64,000 nucleotides of DNA from Curvularia clavata (GCA_023920165.1 CP089275.1:2108001-2172000); one strand, 5' to 3'; shown: positions 35,828-49,647, counted from the first letter of the stretch. A program made the numbers and translations. Notes: generated from the sequence alone by a model not told the origin.

Positions 35828-38238
35828 ATGAGCGTACGCGTTGTCGCGAGGATACGTCCTCTCTTGAAACAAGAGCTCGACAAAGACACCATCGTCACGG
35901 CCGAGAAGCTCGAGGGGGAGACGACCCCGGCCGTCGTGCGGATACCCAGCCCCAAGAACGAGGCAGAGTCTTTCAGCTTCCAGTTCAGCTCCGTCTACGA
36001 ACAGGACGCGACCCAACAGCAGCTGTTCGATGCTGAAAGTGAGTCTTCATCTTGAAACAGGCACGCGGCCCATGATTGACCTCTAGCTAGTCGCGCCCAC
36101 AGTCAAGCATCTCTTCAATGGCTTTGATCTGTCCATCTTTGCTCATGGCTGCACTGGTACCGGCAAGACACATACAATGCGTGGAGGCAAGTCGCTGGCC
36201 GACCGAGGTGTTATCCCTCGCCTGTTGAGCGCGATATACCGACGCTGCAAGAAGATCGAAAAGGACTCCGCTGGGGCCACCCAGGTAGAGGTTGCGCTAG
36301 AGTACTTCGAGATCTACTGTGATCGCGTCTACGACCTGTTCGAGCCACCAGAGAAGCGAACCCCCTCGGGCCTGCCCATCAGGGACAACCATGGCAAGAC
36401 GGTTGTCGTGGGGCTGACTTCGAAGCCGTGTACCACTCTTAAAGAGTTTGAGCAGCTCTATGATCAGGCCAACCTGAACAGGTCTACGTCTGCTACAAAG
36501 GTGATTTACCTACTCATATACGCCTGGGTGCGCGCCACTAACGATTCTCCAGCTCAACGCGCATTCATCGCGATCCCATGCGGTTCTTTGTGTGAAGATT
36601 ACCCAGACTACTGAGAACACTGTTCGCGTTAGCCGCGCGTCGTGTATTGACCTTGCAGGATCAGAGGACAATCGTCGGACAGAAAACAACAAGGAGCGTC
36701 TGGTCGAGAGCTCAGCCATTAACAAGTCGTTATTCGTACTAGCGCAATGTGTGGAGGCTATGAACAAGAAGGCCAGTAGGATACCCTACCGTGAGTCCAA
36801 GATGACAAGGATCCTGTCGCTGGGTCAGAACAAGGGTCTGACAGTTATGATTCTGAACCTCGCGCCTACTCGCGCATACCATCTCGATACAATCAGTTCA
36901 TTGAACTTCGCCAGTCGAACAAAGAAGATCGAAGTTGCTGAGGTCGAAAACGATCCCATGTACAAGACAGCTGTCAAGCCTTTGGCAGCGTCTAGCGGCA
37001 TTCCTGGAGCCAACACAGCACGACAACCGCTTCGATCGCTGGTGGCTGCCACTAACGCGACCCTCGCAGAGCCGGACAAGCAGAAGAAAGGGGAAAAGCC
37101 TACAAAGGCCTTCTCTGTATACTCTGATTCCCGCAAAGCTGCCCCTCGTGTTTCTAACCTTACACAGAATCAGGGTATTCGACGAGCAGAAGCTCCCAAG
37201 CGAGCGGCCGAACCCAGCAATACTTTTGCATCCCGGCCGACCAAGACTTTCCGAACAGGAGAAAGCGCTTCGCGGTTACGGAACAATGAACCCGCGCTAA
37301 CAAAGGAGTCAATCGAGGCTCTCATTGCTCAAAAGGTTGACGAAAGGCTTGCGGAGAAGGCCCTGCAGGATGCTACAAATTCCGCTCCAGCATTATCAGC
37401 TGAGTTGCAGAAGCGGCTGGACGAGCTTGAGCAACGTCTTGAACTGAAAGAGGAAGACGGAAAATCGCAGGGCTTGCAGTTTTTGTTAATGGCCAAGCAA
37501 CATCACATTCGTGGTGAAGACGCGAGTGCACTGAGAATGTACCACCTTGCACAGCCCTACTTCCCAGACAATGTCAAGCTGGAGGCCAAGATGAAGAAAC
37601 TCGAGGAAAAGATACGCGCAAAGAGGGAAGAGGCGATGAAGCACGTATCTGCACCTGTCAGCCTGCCGTCTCATACCGTCGTGTCTCCCGTCCCCGTCTC
37701 GAAACTCATGGCCCCTCTGAAAATGGAGAAGAAAACTTCAAAACCAAAGATGGTCTACCGCGACAATGACGAAGACGACCAAGACGAAGAATTCGCCCCG
37801 CCACAAGCCTCTGACCACGACGACTCCTATGCCTCCGACGACAGCTTCCAGTACAAACCCAAAGCCGCTGCCCGTAAAACGAAAAAGACGACCAGGAAAC
37901 TGCCCATCTTCCGTGACAACACCACCGCTACCTCTGCCTCTGCCTCTGCTGCCTCTACTGCTTTTGCCAACCCATCTGCCTCCTCGATCCCTGTTCCTGC
38001 ACACACTCCCCGGACATCTCATCTGCTCAAGATTATCAACTCTCGCGACGTAAACCAGATCAAAGCGCTGAAAGGCGTGGGCGCAAAGAAAGCTGATAGC
38101 ATCGTAAACTGCCTGGTTGAAATGGATGACGCTGAAATCATGGATCTGGAATCGCTGGCTATGCTCAAGGGTGTCGGTGGCAAGACGGTGGATAATATGA
38201 GGTTGGGACTGAGGCTTGATGTTGGTTATGACTTCTGA
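35828..38238 (+). CDS. Kinesin motor with C-terminal helix-hairpin-helix (kinesin-10 / Kid-KIF22-like)
   Basis: Introns 36039-36090 and 36501-36552. P-loop GCTGTGKT, switch I NAHSSRSH, switch II DLAGSE and RIPYRESKMTRIL. HhH motifs LKGVGAKKA and LKGVGGKTV. Confidence 0.9.
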
Positions 38239-38671
38239 GTCTTGTGGTAATATTGTTTGTCTTTTTGCTGTTCTTCTTCCCATAGCATGGTGTTAAGGTG
38301 TTTTTTTTGGTGGTCCACTACTCGGCCGCAAAAGGCTGACTAGCATAAAGCATTATACAGGCGTTTGGGTTTGGCGGCATGAAGCTGCCCTTGGGTTTGC
38401 TTGCCCATTACTTTTTGTTTCCTGTTGGAAACCCAACAATTGAATTGCTTCATTGGTCATGTTTCTGTCTGCTGTCTTGTTTTTGTGTTCAAATTGCGAT
38501 CACTGTTCAAATATACGTGACATGAACATGAGCGATGAAGCGCATTGACGCGTCATGTGAGGTCTGGATTTAATTCGTATCATTCATTAAGGTACAAAAG
38601 GAAGATGTTTCCTTGACTCCCATCTATTCACATCAAAAGTACAATACACCTCTACACATGTAGAATCGCAT

Positions 38672-41292
38672 CTAGAAAGGCCAAACCCAGTCCTCTGTCT
38701 CTTTAGGATCTACACCCTCGTGGAAAGCATAATTCTTCGCCTTGATCTGCTCATTAAGTAGTTTCTCGCGTGTTGCCGAACCCTTGTTACCTAGACTAGG
38801 GATGTTGTCCAGAGCATCGATCGCCAAGCTATAGCGGTCAGTGCCGTTACGGATAGCCAACTCAAGAGGCGTGTCGATGTTTCCTTTCTCCCTGTAGCCA
38901 CGGACGAGCAGGTTCTGCTGGCCCTTGCGTCCGTACGTTAGACGGTGAATGAGCCAGGGATAAGAGTGGAAGTTGAAGATGCAAGGGACGTTGTCTGTGA
39001 AAATGGCCTTGTACTCGTGCGCCTTGAGGCCATGGGGGTGCTGTGAGTCGTCGATGAGCTTGAAGAGGTCGACTACGTTGACAAAGCGAATCTTGAGCTC
39101 GGGCAGATGCGTGCGCAGCAAGGCTGTTGCTGCGAGAGATTCGTGCGTCGAGACGTCTCCACACGATGCCATGACGATGTCCGGCTCTTCGCCCTTGTCG
39201 TTGCTGGCCCATTCCCAGATGCCCACGCCTTTTGTGCAGTGTGCGATAGCTTGCTCCATAGTGAGATATTGCAGATGCTCCTGCTTATCGGCAACAATGA
39301 CGTTGACGTAGTTTTCACTACGGAGGCAGTGGTCCATGGTCGAAAGCAAGCAGTTCGCATCTGGTGGGAGGTAGATGCGAACGACCTCAGGACTCTTGTT
39401 CGCCACCACATCTAGGAAACCAGGATCTTGGTGGGTGAATCCGTTGTGGTCTTGACGCCAGACAGTTGAAGTGAGGAGAATGTTGAGAGATGCAACCTTC
39501 TGCCTCCATTCGACTTCGAGACACTTCTCGATCCACTTGCAGTGCTGGTTGACCATAGAATCAATAATATGGATAAAAGGCTCGTAGCTGTTGAGCAATC
39601 CGTGTCGCCCAGAGAGGACGTAGCCTTCGAGCCAACCCTGGACGATATCAGCAAGTTATCTTCAGACTGCAGCCAGTTTTCTTACCTCGACAGTGTGTTC
39701 GGACAGCATCTCCATTACTCGACCCTCGAAAGCCAGATTGCCACCGTCCTTGTCCATATCCAGGTACTCGCCCAACCATACCTTCTTGCTCGCTTCGTAC
39801 ACATTGCTCAATTTGTTGGACTGTGTCTCGTCTGGACCAAAAAGGCGGAAGTCCTTTGGATTCCGCTTGATGACATCCCGCAGGAAGTTGGCAAAGTTGG
39901 CCATACTGCCCACCTTCGCAACTCCACCCTTTGTAACTTCTACAGAGTAGTCACGGAAATCAGGCAAAGTCAGCTTGTTGCGGATCGAACCACCGTTTGT
40001 GACGGGGTTGGCGCTCATCCTCCTGTTGCCAGTTGGTGCCAACTCCCTGAGCTCAGGAACAAGCTTGCCATTTTTGTCGAAGTGCTTGTCAGGCTCGTAT
40101 CCGCGCATCCATTCCTCGAGCAGCTTGAGTTCGGATTTGTCTTTCAAAACATTTGTGAGAGGAACCTGGTGCGAGCGCCAGAATCCTTCCAAGAAGTGGT
40201 CGCCGTCAACCTTGCTGGGCCCGGTCCATCCTTTGGGTGTACGGAGTATGATCATCGGCCAACGAGGCCTGAAAGCCTTACCTGAGTCTCTTGCTTGCTT
40301 TTGGTAATCACGAATCTTGTTTACACAGCGCTCCATAGTGGCTGCCATGGCTTGGTGCATAGATGGAATGTCGCTTCCCTCGACGAAGTAAGGAGTCCAT
40401 CCGTAGCCAATAAAAAGAGACTCAAGCTCCTTGTGGCTTACACGAGCGAGAACAGTAGGGTTGTTGATCTATAAAGAATCAGGTAATTCACCTTTTGTGC
40501 TTATTGAGCAAACGTACCTTGTATCCGTTCAGATGCAGTACAGGCAGAACCGCGCCATCTGTAATCGGGTTTAGGAACTTGGTGGAATGCCAGCTCGTAG
40601 CCAGAGGGCCAGTCTCAGATTCGCCATCTCCAACCATGGTGAGGGCAATCAGATCTGGGTGGTCGAACACCGCGCCGAAAGCGTGGGAGATGGAGTAGCC
40701 AAGCTCGCCGCCTTCGTGCAAACTGCCAGGCGTCTCGGGCGTAGCATGGGAGCCAATTCCGCCAGGGAAAGAGAAGTACTTGAAGAAACGCCTCAGACCC
40801 TCCTCGTTTTCGCCCTTTTCAGGGTATACTTCAGAATAGACTCCTTCGAGGTAACTGTTCGACAAGACAGCTGGAGCACCATGGCCAGGACCAGAGATGA
40901 AAATGGCATCCAAGTCATACTTCTTGATGAGTCGGTTCTGTCAAGGGGAATTCGGTCAGCCCACGAACATTGAGATAGGTAGACACTCATACCATGTGGA
41001 TATATGTGAAGCTTTGTCCAGCATCTGAGCCCCAGTGACCCAGCAATCGTCGCTTGATGTGGTCCAGCGTAAGTGGCTCGCGGAGAAGAGGGTTTCTTCG
41101 CAGGTAGATCATGCCCAGGCACATGTAGAGCGAGGCATGGAAGTAGTCAGTCATCTTCTGGACCTCCTCGCTGCTGAGAGGCTGCTCAGTTATCGAAGCC
41201 CTCGCGGGGCCAAATGGAGACAGACTGAGATGCTCAACATCCTCAGTGACAGACTCCGGGTCTGCCGGGGGTTTAGCTATCATAGCATCCAT
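38672..41292 (-). CDS. xfp: Xylulose-5-phosphate / fructose-6-phosphate phosphoketolase (TPP-dependent)
   Basis: Introns 40938-40992, 40469-40517 and 39638-39685. Motifs [62 protein letters not shown] and [10 protein letters not shown]. Confidence 0.95.
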
Positions 41293-42149
41293 GGTGATTT
41301 GCTATGAGCAGGTAGCGCTGATTCCAGATATTCAGATGACCTCTGCGCGTAACCAGCTCGATGGCAGGTAACTCGATCGTTTTACAAGAATAGTCGGCAG
41401 AGAAATTAGGTATCAGGAACTAGAGTTGGCCCTGGTTGATGAGAAGGGGAAAGGACGGTTGCACAACGCAGAGGGTAAAGGTGCTTTAAGGAGCCGGATA
41501 GGTAAGGGGAGAAGCTGGCAAGCGGCAAGGCCGGAGACGCGCTCCTGCTCCATTGACGTGGTGTAATTGGCCCTGCTGCTGCAACGGGATCTCATCATAG
41601 CGACACATTCATTTTTGGCGTATACGAGCTCCGTTGGTATGCCAGAGCTACGTCATGGCCTGGTGTGCCCACTACGAAGTGGGGTTAGCCCGAAAACGCG
41701 CTAACATGTAGCAGCGTGTTCTTTTATATGGCATTGGACGGTTGACATTTCTTAGAAATCATCAGGTCATCTAGATGAATTACAGAATCCATGTTTGGGC
41801 ATGTGCAGCGTGAGCTGTCTTGGTGGCATGATATCTAGGCTGGGGTGTAGCGACGGACATTCGTCTACGGCGGAACGCGGCGGACGCCTTGATTGATAGC
41901 CTCCACATTGCGTTCAACCTTGTTTCGGAATCGGCTCTTCATTCCGATAAAAAAAGGATCGGTGCAGACATTTGCAATTGGTATAGCCCTTGCAGAAACG
42001 GTTAATTGATCTCGGCCTAGACTTCGGCTCGATATCAAGGCAGCACAGCGACATGCAAGGGGAAAGTCAAACGCATTTCGTGGAGAAGTCATACAGTATT
42101 GTCAAAGTCTAATGGATTCTAGTAAATCGATACAATAGCCCTACAGTAT

Positions 42150-43907
42150 TCAATGCATCCCATAATCACCTTCTGCAACAATGGTCCGCTGGCACTCCGC
42201 AAGAATAGCTGCCTGCCTTGCCACATCCGCCAGTCTCCCAATGACCTTCTTGTTGCCATCGACGAAACCATAGAGCGCATACGGAATATTCACCTCGTTG
42301 CAGAACTCTTGCACGAGCTTTTGTGTAGTCCTCAGGTTGTGTCGGGGAATGCGAGGATACAAGTGGTGAATGGCCTGGAACTGGAGACCTCCGTGGAAGA
42401 AGTCCAGCCATTGCGGGCAGTCAACGTCCATGGTTGTTCGCAACATCTTTTGGGCGAAAGACTCGTGAATGCCCATATCCGAAGTACTCATTGCGAAGTG
42501 AGATAGTGTGATTTGTACATGGAGCGGCGAGGTCAGGGCGTGAGTGATCAGCACAAACCAGAAGCGACTCCAGTTGTCTGGTATGGATTTGTACACGACT
42601 CCGTAGCCGTACCATGCCCAGAAGACGGTGATACCTGCCATCTCAAAGTAGCGATGCCACCACGCCTGACCCTTCTTGGGACCCTTTCCGAAGAGCAAAA
42701 ACATCCAAGACAGCCTGTAGAGATTGAAGCGTGCGAAGAGCATGATTGGGTAGTAGGTGTAGTGTTGGATCCGAATCATGAATTTCGCAAAAGCATCATA
42801 CTCCATGACCCACTCGTAAAAGGTAGTCGTGAGGCTTTCCATGAAACGGTGCGTAATGCAGAACAGGGGGATGTATTGGATATCCGGGTCATGTTCGGGA
42901 TGGTTTGTGACGAGATGATGGACGTTGTGGTTAAACTTCCACCAACAAGCACTCAAACCACCCATGAAAGATGCAATGAACATTGCAATGGTCGAGTCAG
43001 TAGTAAAATCATGGGTAATACCCATGTGGCTGGCATCGTGCACCGTAAACGTGAGTTGATGCCAGAGACATGCAAGCGGGATGGCACTGGTGATGTACCA
43101 GCCTGCGTGCAACAGAAACAGGAATGCGCACAAGAAGGAGCCATAGCGTAAGCACTCGATGCCGTACGCGCCATAGTTGCAATCGTAAAGCCCTTCTTTC
43201 ACAATTCGCTCGTGCAGCTCACGGTACTTGTGCGTGATGTGGTCTTGGGTAACAAAGTCTACAGACGGATACGTGGCTTTGTCGAGATCTAATTCTTCCT
43301 GGGTTCGCCTGTCAAGAAGTGTCATTTTTGGAGACTGTCGGTCGAGCTCGGTTGACGAGATGCTGGAGGTCGAGGAAGCCCTTGTGGTATTGTTTCCGTT
43401 GCGTTTGCGAAGAGACCCGGCGTGTCGGTCTGCTGGCTCGAACAGCGGGCTGCTCTCTGCAGAAGAAGAGGAGCTGCCAGCCTCCTGATCCGAGGAAGAG
43501 GCCGATGTCACATACTCCTCTTCCGAGAGTTTGTTCAATTGTTCCTCTGTCCTGAACTTTCCCCCTTGTATTGGTGGTAGGAAATTAGTCCATCGTCCCT
43601 CGATTCGCCCGATCTGGTAGCGACGCATGAATTCGACCGTTTGCGCGGAGTGAAAACTGAACACTCTGTGTTAGTGATGCCCGTTTTTTTTTCTAGTAAA
43701 GAAGAGGACGTACCGGGTGACTTCATCGGTTGCATCACGTCCTACCATGTGTCGGATGGCCTTGTCACCGCCAGGATGGTACGGCAGCCAGGCATCGACC
43801 TTCAAGACTTTGTTGTCTACAATGACAATCGAGCGACCATTGGCGATCTGGGCTTCAATTTCTCGCCGGCTGAGTACTTTGGACTTCGCATCTGTGCGGG
43901 TGGCCAT
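42150..43907 (-). CDS. SLD1: Cytochrome b5-fused sphingolipid delta-8 desaturase
   Basis: Intron 43657-43713. Cytochrome b5 motifs HPGG and GRDATDE, histidine boxes HDASH, HNVHH and QAIHH, plus EHDPDIQ. Confidence 0.88.
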
Positions 43908-44521
43908 GGTGTGGCGCGGCGCGATGCAGTAGAATGCGGTGTATGTGCAGGTAGAAAAGGGACCTAAGGGAACCACGCAGCAGGGCTCACTTGACACAAC
44001 GTGACTAGATCAATCACGCTACAACTCAGGTAAAACGGTACATGGCAGCGATTTGTGCAAAGGAATGCCAGGGTCAGCCAGCCAGCGGAACAGGAGACGG
44101 TGGGCTGATGAAGCTAGGGTGGAAGCTTGTCGGAGGACCCTGCGCCCCACGTCCACCGCCCACTGCACCGAGAGCAATCACGTGTCAAAGCTGGGGGGCA
44201 TGGAGCCTGGAGTCCTGGTGATGTAAGTAGGCATTGTGCATCGAAGCCAAGTGTCATAGGGTGCCTTCCAGAAGGTTAGGGATGCAGGCAGAGTTTGGTG
44301 CGGTTCACAGTGGGCTGCTCTTCCCCACCTATTATAAACATGCGCTTCGCTCTTGTTTCGGCCAACTCCGTCGTCACCAGATTTACACGTCTTTTCGGGC
44401 CACTCCACAATATTACGCTGCAGACACTGCGTGAGCCACTCAATCTATCTTCTTCCTCAATTTTCATCTGGACACGCACACAGCACAGCCGCGATCCGTA
44501 GAAGAGGGACTACCCACAAAC

Positions 44522-46273
44522 ATGGCCAAAGACATCAAAGAGCTAGCAAGCGAGTGGTTGGAGCTGGATCAAGACAGAGCAACGACTGACGAGATCTACA
44601 AGCTTTTGGTCAGCGGCGACAACGATGAGCTGGAAAAGCGACTGCGACACCGTATTGCTTTTGGTACTGCCGGACTCAGAGGACCGATGCAGGGCGGCTT
44701 CGCTTGCATGAACTCCTTAACCGTCATTCAAGCCTCACAAGGACTGGCTGCCTATCTTCTGAAGACTGAGCAAAATGTGAAGAAGAGAGGCGTCGTCATT
44801 GGTCGGGATGCGCGACACAACTCTGAAAAGTTCGCCAAGCTCACCGCAGCCGCTTTCGTAGCAAAGGGTATTAAGGTGTGGTGGTACGAGGAGCCGTGCC
44901 ATACACCCATGGTCCCTTTTGGTGTGCGCGAGCTTGAGGCTGCAGCTGGAATTATGATTACGGCCAGCCACAACCCAGCCAAGGACAACGGGTACAAAGT
45001 GTACTGGTCCAACGGATGCCAGATTATTCCCCCACATGACAGCGGCATCGCAGAGTCCATTCTGGAGAACCTCAAGCCTGTTACTTGGGATACCTCAGTG
45101 GTGGAAAACTCCCTTTTAGTCGAGGGAAGTCTGGGCCTGGTGCAGGACAAATACCACAAAGCTCTTCTCTCGGCAGCACAGCCTGAGCATGCCCGCGTCA
45201 AAATGGACCCAGAACTCAAGTTCGTTTACACTCCCATGCATGGCGTTGGTCTTCCTGCGATGCAGCGATGTGTTCAAACACTTGGAGTCTCTTCTCAAAT
45301 GACCATCGTAGAGGCTCAAGCGCAACCAGACCCTGACTTCCCAACGGTGAAATTCCCTAATCCGGAAGAGAAAGGGGCGCTCGATCTGGCAATTGAAACA
45401 GCTGAAAAGTCCTCAACGCGCCTCATTCTTGCAAGCGATCCTGACGCAGACCGACTTGCAGCGGCGGAGAAGGTGGGAGACAAATGGCACATATTCACTG
45501 GTAATCAACTTGGAGTACTCCTTGGTTCTTACCTCTTCGAACGCTATCCTGCTTCGAAACCGCGAGAGAAGCTTGCCATGCTAGCTTCCACAGTCAGTTC
45601 TCGGATGCTTGCAGCGCTCGCCAAAAAGGAAGGCTTCAAGTTCACTGAAACCTTGACCGGATTCAAGTGGCTCGGCAACGTAGCGCGCCAGCTCGATAGT
45701 GAGGGCTATAATGTTGTTTACGCATTTGAAGAAGCGCTAGGCTATATGATTTCACAGACTGTCCATGACAAGGACTCCATCAGCGCTGCAGCAGTCTTCC
45801 TCACAGCCGCTTCGAAATGGTCTTCACAGGGCCTTACGCCATACGCCAAGCTGCAGCAACTTTACGAATATCTGGGCTATTTTGAGGATGCAAACACTTA
45901 CCTTGTGTCCCCATCGCCTTCGGTTACTACGTCTGTCTTCACAGCCATTCGTGCACTGGGCAGTCCCTATCCCGCTACGATCGGATCTCGCAAAATTGTG
46001 CGTTGGCGAGATCTGACTCTAGGTTATGACTCGAAGAGTGAGGACCACAAGCCTGATCTGCCAATAGATCCCACGAGTCAGATGATCACCTGCGAACTGG
46101 ACGATGGAGCCGTCTTCACGGTCCGAGGTAGCGGCACGGAACCCAAAATCAAGCTCTACATCGAGTGTCAGGGTAAGAGCAGCGAGGAGGCTAAGCATGG
46201 TGCCAACGGTATCTTGAGCGATCTGCTGAAAGAGTGGTTCAAGCCGGAGGAGAATGGTCTACGGCTGGCGTAG
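44522..46273 (+). CDS. Phosphoglucomutase-2 / phosphopentomutase-type alpha-D-phosphohexomutase
   Basis: Single exon. FGTAGLRG, catalytic TASHNP, metal loop DPDADR, FEEALGY and RGSGTEPKIKLY. Confidence 0.92.
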   Translation: MAKDIKELASEWLELDQDRATTDEIYKLLVSGDNDELEKRLRHRIAFGTAGLRGPMQGGFACMNSLTVIQASQGLAAYLLKTEQNVKKRGVVIGRDARHNSEKFAKLTAAAFVAKGIKVWWYEEPCHTPMVPFGVRELEAAAGIMITASHNPAKDNGYKVYWSNGCQIIPPHDSGIAESILENLKPVTWDTSVVENSLLVEGSLGLVQDKYHKALLSAAQPEHARVKMDPELKFVYTPMHGVGLPAMQRCVQTLGVSSQMTIVEAQAQPDPDFPTVKFPNPEEKGALDLAIETAEKSSTRLILASDPDADRLAAAEKVGDKWHIFTGNQLGVLLGSYLFERYPASKPREKLAMLASTVSSRMLAALAKKEGFKFTETLTGFKWLGNVARQLDSEGYNVVYAFEEALGYMISQTVHDKDSISAAAVFLTAASKWSSQGLTPYAKLQQLYEYLGYFEDANTYLVSPSPSVTTSVFTAIRALGSPYPATIGSRKIVRWRDLTLGYDSKSEDHKPDLPIDPTSQMITCELDDGAVFTVRGSGTEPKIKLYIECQGKSSEEAKHGANGILSDLLKEWFKPEENGLRLA

Positions 46274-46556
46274 AAGAGTAACATGTTTTCGTTTTTATAG
46301 ACAACTTCGACTTACCCCTTGACTCGAGAGAATGAAAGTATTTATTCACCTTATTCAGTTCACTTTCCATTTTGAGTCACTGTTTCTCGTTTCTGTACCC
46401 AACCAAAGTTTATATGCATCCTATAAACCGGGTATATTGCAACTGCGCCGAATTGCTGGACATAGGGAATCTATTAACCATCGCCACAAATATCAAGGTA
46501 AACTGCCCCAAGAACACAACTTGTACTATCGCTAACACCCCATGCGACGTCGAACC

Positions 46557-48075
46557 TCACACCAATAAACTCGGCTCTCCACTCCCTACCCTCTGCACCT
46601 CAAATCGTGCCATCGGATCAACTACCTGATAAGCACCCACAACCATGGGCTTAGACGTGTATCCCTCTGCCAGCCTAATATTGTATTTCAGAAGAACATG
46701 GGCCATGGCCAGCTTGAGCTCGTTGCTCACGAAAAACCGACCAGGACAGATATGGCGACCGCCGCCAAACACGTTAAAGTCCTGACTCGATTGCACGAAT
46801 TGGCTGGACTTATCGCCCTCTTGGCGCTTGCGTAGAAAACGGTAGCCGTCAAAGTCTTGGGGATAAAGTGCCGGGTCGAATAGGTTGGTGGCATCGACCA
46901 TGATGTGCGACCCACGAGGGAGAATCTTTCCATCGGGGAGCTTGGTGTCTTTCAAGGCTACGCGCTCGAGGCTGACTAGAATAGCGAAGTTAGCATTGCT
47001 TTTGTTTTGATAGTTTTCTAGGACTGCAATTACCCAGTGCGGCGGAGCGCCTTTGCGACTCCTTCATAACGCTATCCAGCAAGACCATGCCTTGTGTTGC
47101 GGCAACCGTTATTCCATGTTCAGAGAGCTGTTGTGAGATTTCACTTTTGAGCGGCTCGATAATATCAGGGTGAGCGGCGATGTCGATCAAAACTTGTCGG
47201 AAGAGTTCGCTAGTAGTGAGCATTGCGGCCATGGACAGAGCTAACTGGATATCCCCTGCCTCCACGTTGGTTGACTCATGTGTCCATGCAAGTGCGTCGT
47301 TGTAGTGCGGCGCAGGCTTTCCTGTGAGCTTGGCCTTTTGAGTCTCCTCTGCGCGCCTACTAATCTCTTTCTTCGTGATAGCACATACTCTTGCTCGGTA
47401 CTTGCGACAAGCATTTGCGTTGGGCAGGAATCGCTGCATGATGGGTCGCGACCAAGATGGATATCCTTCCAGTTCGCTCACAGATGTGAAATAAGCGCCT
47501 ACGTAGGCCTGTATGATCGTGAGCCACTCTTGATCGTGAGCCAGATCTGGGCCGACAAAGATCGAAGATGCAGCGCGAGCCATGATGGCTGTCGTATCTT
47601 TCTGCCAGTCAATGGAGTGCCAGGTGTTTTCGGTGCCCCAGTGGATAGTCAGTGCATCGGCTAGACTGGCATTTACCACGGGCATGATACTGTTGTTTTG
47701 GCCGAGTTTGGTTTTGATAACGTCGAGGAGCATATCTCCTTGAGAGTGCAGCGTGGTTTGCCCCTCGAAGCCTGGGTAGCCTGCATAGAAATCCTGTCGA
47801 GCTAGTTCTCGGTGATCCAAGTCTTTGTTCGTCTTGACCCAACCGGCATGCGATAATGGAAGAACAATTTTTTTCGCATGAGGACGTGCGAGCATGAAGG
47901 GCCCTTCGTACTTTGCCAGGCCTTCAGAGATCAGCTTGGCTGTGTTTGTTGTATATTCGTGGTAGGCATCGACAATGGGAAAGATAGATTTCGGCCTTGA
48001 GTAGGCCCAATATATGCCACATAAGATGGCCAGACTTGTCCATAGGTGGAGAGATGAGAGAACTTCAACAATCAT
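46557..48075 (-). CDS. Cytochrome P450 monooxygenase (secondary-metabolism type)
   Basis: Intron 46976-47033. N-terminal membrane anchor, K-helix ESQR, FDGYRF meander and heme motif FGGGRHICPGR. About 486 aa. Confidence 0.85.
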
Positions 48076-49280
48076 TTTGATTTTCGATTGCGCAACGTTC
48101 GAAAAAAGGAAGAAAGATACAAATCTGCATTGTCACTGTTCGCCCAATTCTGGTGATTTATGTATGTACTGAATTCCTTATTAGCGCAGCTAAGTTGCAG
48201 TATTAAAATTGTCGTTGCTACTCAGCATGATTTAGGATGAGTCATTTTGAACCAACTGAAGTAGCGGATAATTTGGTTGCAATTCACGGGGACATTGCGG
48301 CGATGAATAGCTGATTCTATTTTATCGGAAAGAAGACCGCCGAGCCGGAGAGCTCGGCTTTCCGGGACTTGCATGCACCCGAGTCGTTCCACCCTTTCCC
48401 ACAACTGGTGAAACCGAAGATACCGGTCTATAACCACCCTGCTTTCTAGTAAACCACTACTTTTAACAGTAGTTGTGTTTGTCATAGTTACTTGTTATTC
48501 TTATACTCTTGACTCCACTCTTACGAGTAGCTGTAGTTATTACAGTTACTATTTACTGCTCATTTTGATTTTCCGGGTTTGCTACTTGCTAGTACTTAGA
48601 TTTTATCAGCTTAGCGTAAAGTGCTTCTATACATGACTCGCCGATCATATAGTTAGATGATATAGCTAACGGGTCATTTCAGTTTTGCAAATATATACAA
48701 CAAAGCAGTGTTCATAGCCTTTTCTTCCAGCCAGATACAAATGGTAAAAATCGTGTGAGAGAATCACTACGCTGTGGCTTAAAGTGACAAATATGGTTTT
48801 CAGTATGGCAAAATTGGGTTTAGGAATATCAGCTTCCACTTGTGTAGTAGAGCGATCTTGAAATCAAACGCAAAACGGGACACTACTGGTTTCAGAGTAG
48901 TGTATTGTGTTAGCTCTCAATTCGACGAATATAGAAGCGACAAAAAGGCAAATTCTGATAAGCAATTTAAAAAGAGGCAAACAGTGTAGAGATATCATCT
49001 TAGTGGCGACAACTGTTTAACCCATAGGAGAAAAATATGAACGAACTACCAAAAAAAACTTTTGCTCAGAAGACCACTTACCTCATTCACTTCACTTTCT
49101 TAAGCCAACCCAGCAGCATTTATATCTCACCCTCTTCAGCTCTAGTAGATGGATCCACTCTGAACATCTCCCATCTACCCACCAGACCCCTCCGTCAAGA
49201 CATTTCTCGTGAGACAAGTATCAAACAAATTCTCGACCTTCCATCAAATCAGCTTCACCTACGAAGCAACAAGTTGATCT

Positions 49281-49352
49281 GGGCTTGTGGTTTAGTGGTA
49301 TAATACTCCCTTAGCATGGGAGTGGTCCGGGGTTCGATTCCCCGCGAGTCCA
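49281..49352 (+). tRNA. tRNA-Ala (AGC), intronless
   Basis: Acceptor stem GGGCTTG/CGAGTCC with the G3:U70 Ala determinant, anticodon arm CTCCC-TTAGCAT-GGGAG, T-loop GTTCGATTC and discriminator A. Confidence 0.96.
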
Positions 49353-49354
49353 TC

Positions 49355-49361
49355 TTTTTTT
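49355..49361 (+). terminator. RNA polymerase III terminator
   Basis: T7 run immediately after the tRNA. Confidence 0.8.
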
Positions 49362-49647
49362 GCCCTCCCTTGAATCAAGGTGGTTGTAGTTTTTGTGCTG
49401 TTGGTGGGGATAATTTTTTGGCGTGTGGTGCGGCCAGACCCCCTGGCGCTAGACGATGGTGGTGTTGGTGCGGAATGGCCCCACTGATGTTTGGGCGAGA
49501 TTGAATGGGTCTAGGACGATGAAGAGCACACTCGCAGTGTATGGGTATTGTGGATTATACTCAGGTAGAGAGATTTCGTGAACCATTAGGGATGCATTGG
49601 GTGGTGAACAACATGCTGCAAACCCGAACCTAAGATACACTCGCAGC

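Noticed and set aside
39542..40285. Long antisense ORFs over phosphoketolase (and similar ones over flotillin, SLD1 and the mucin-like gene)
   Set aside because: Expected shadows of codon-biased sense genes.
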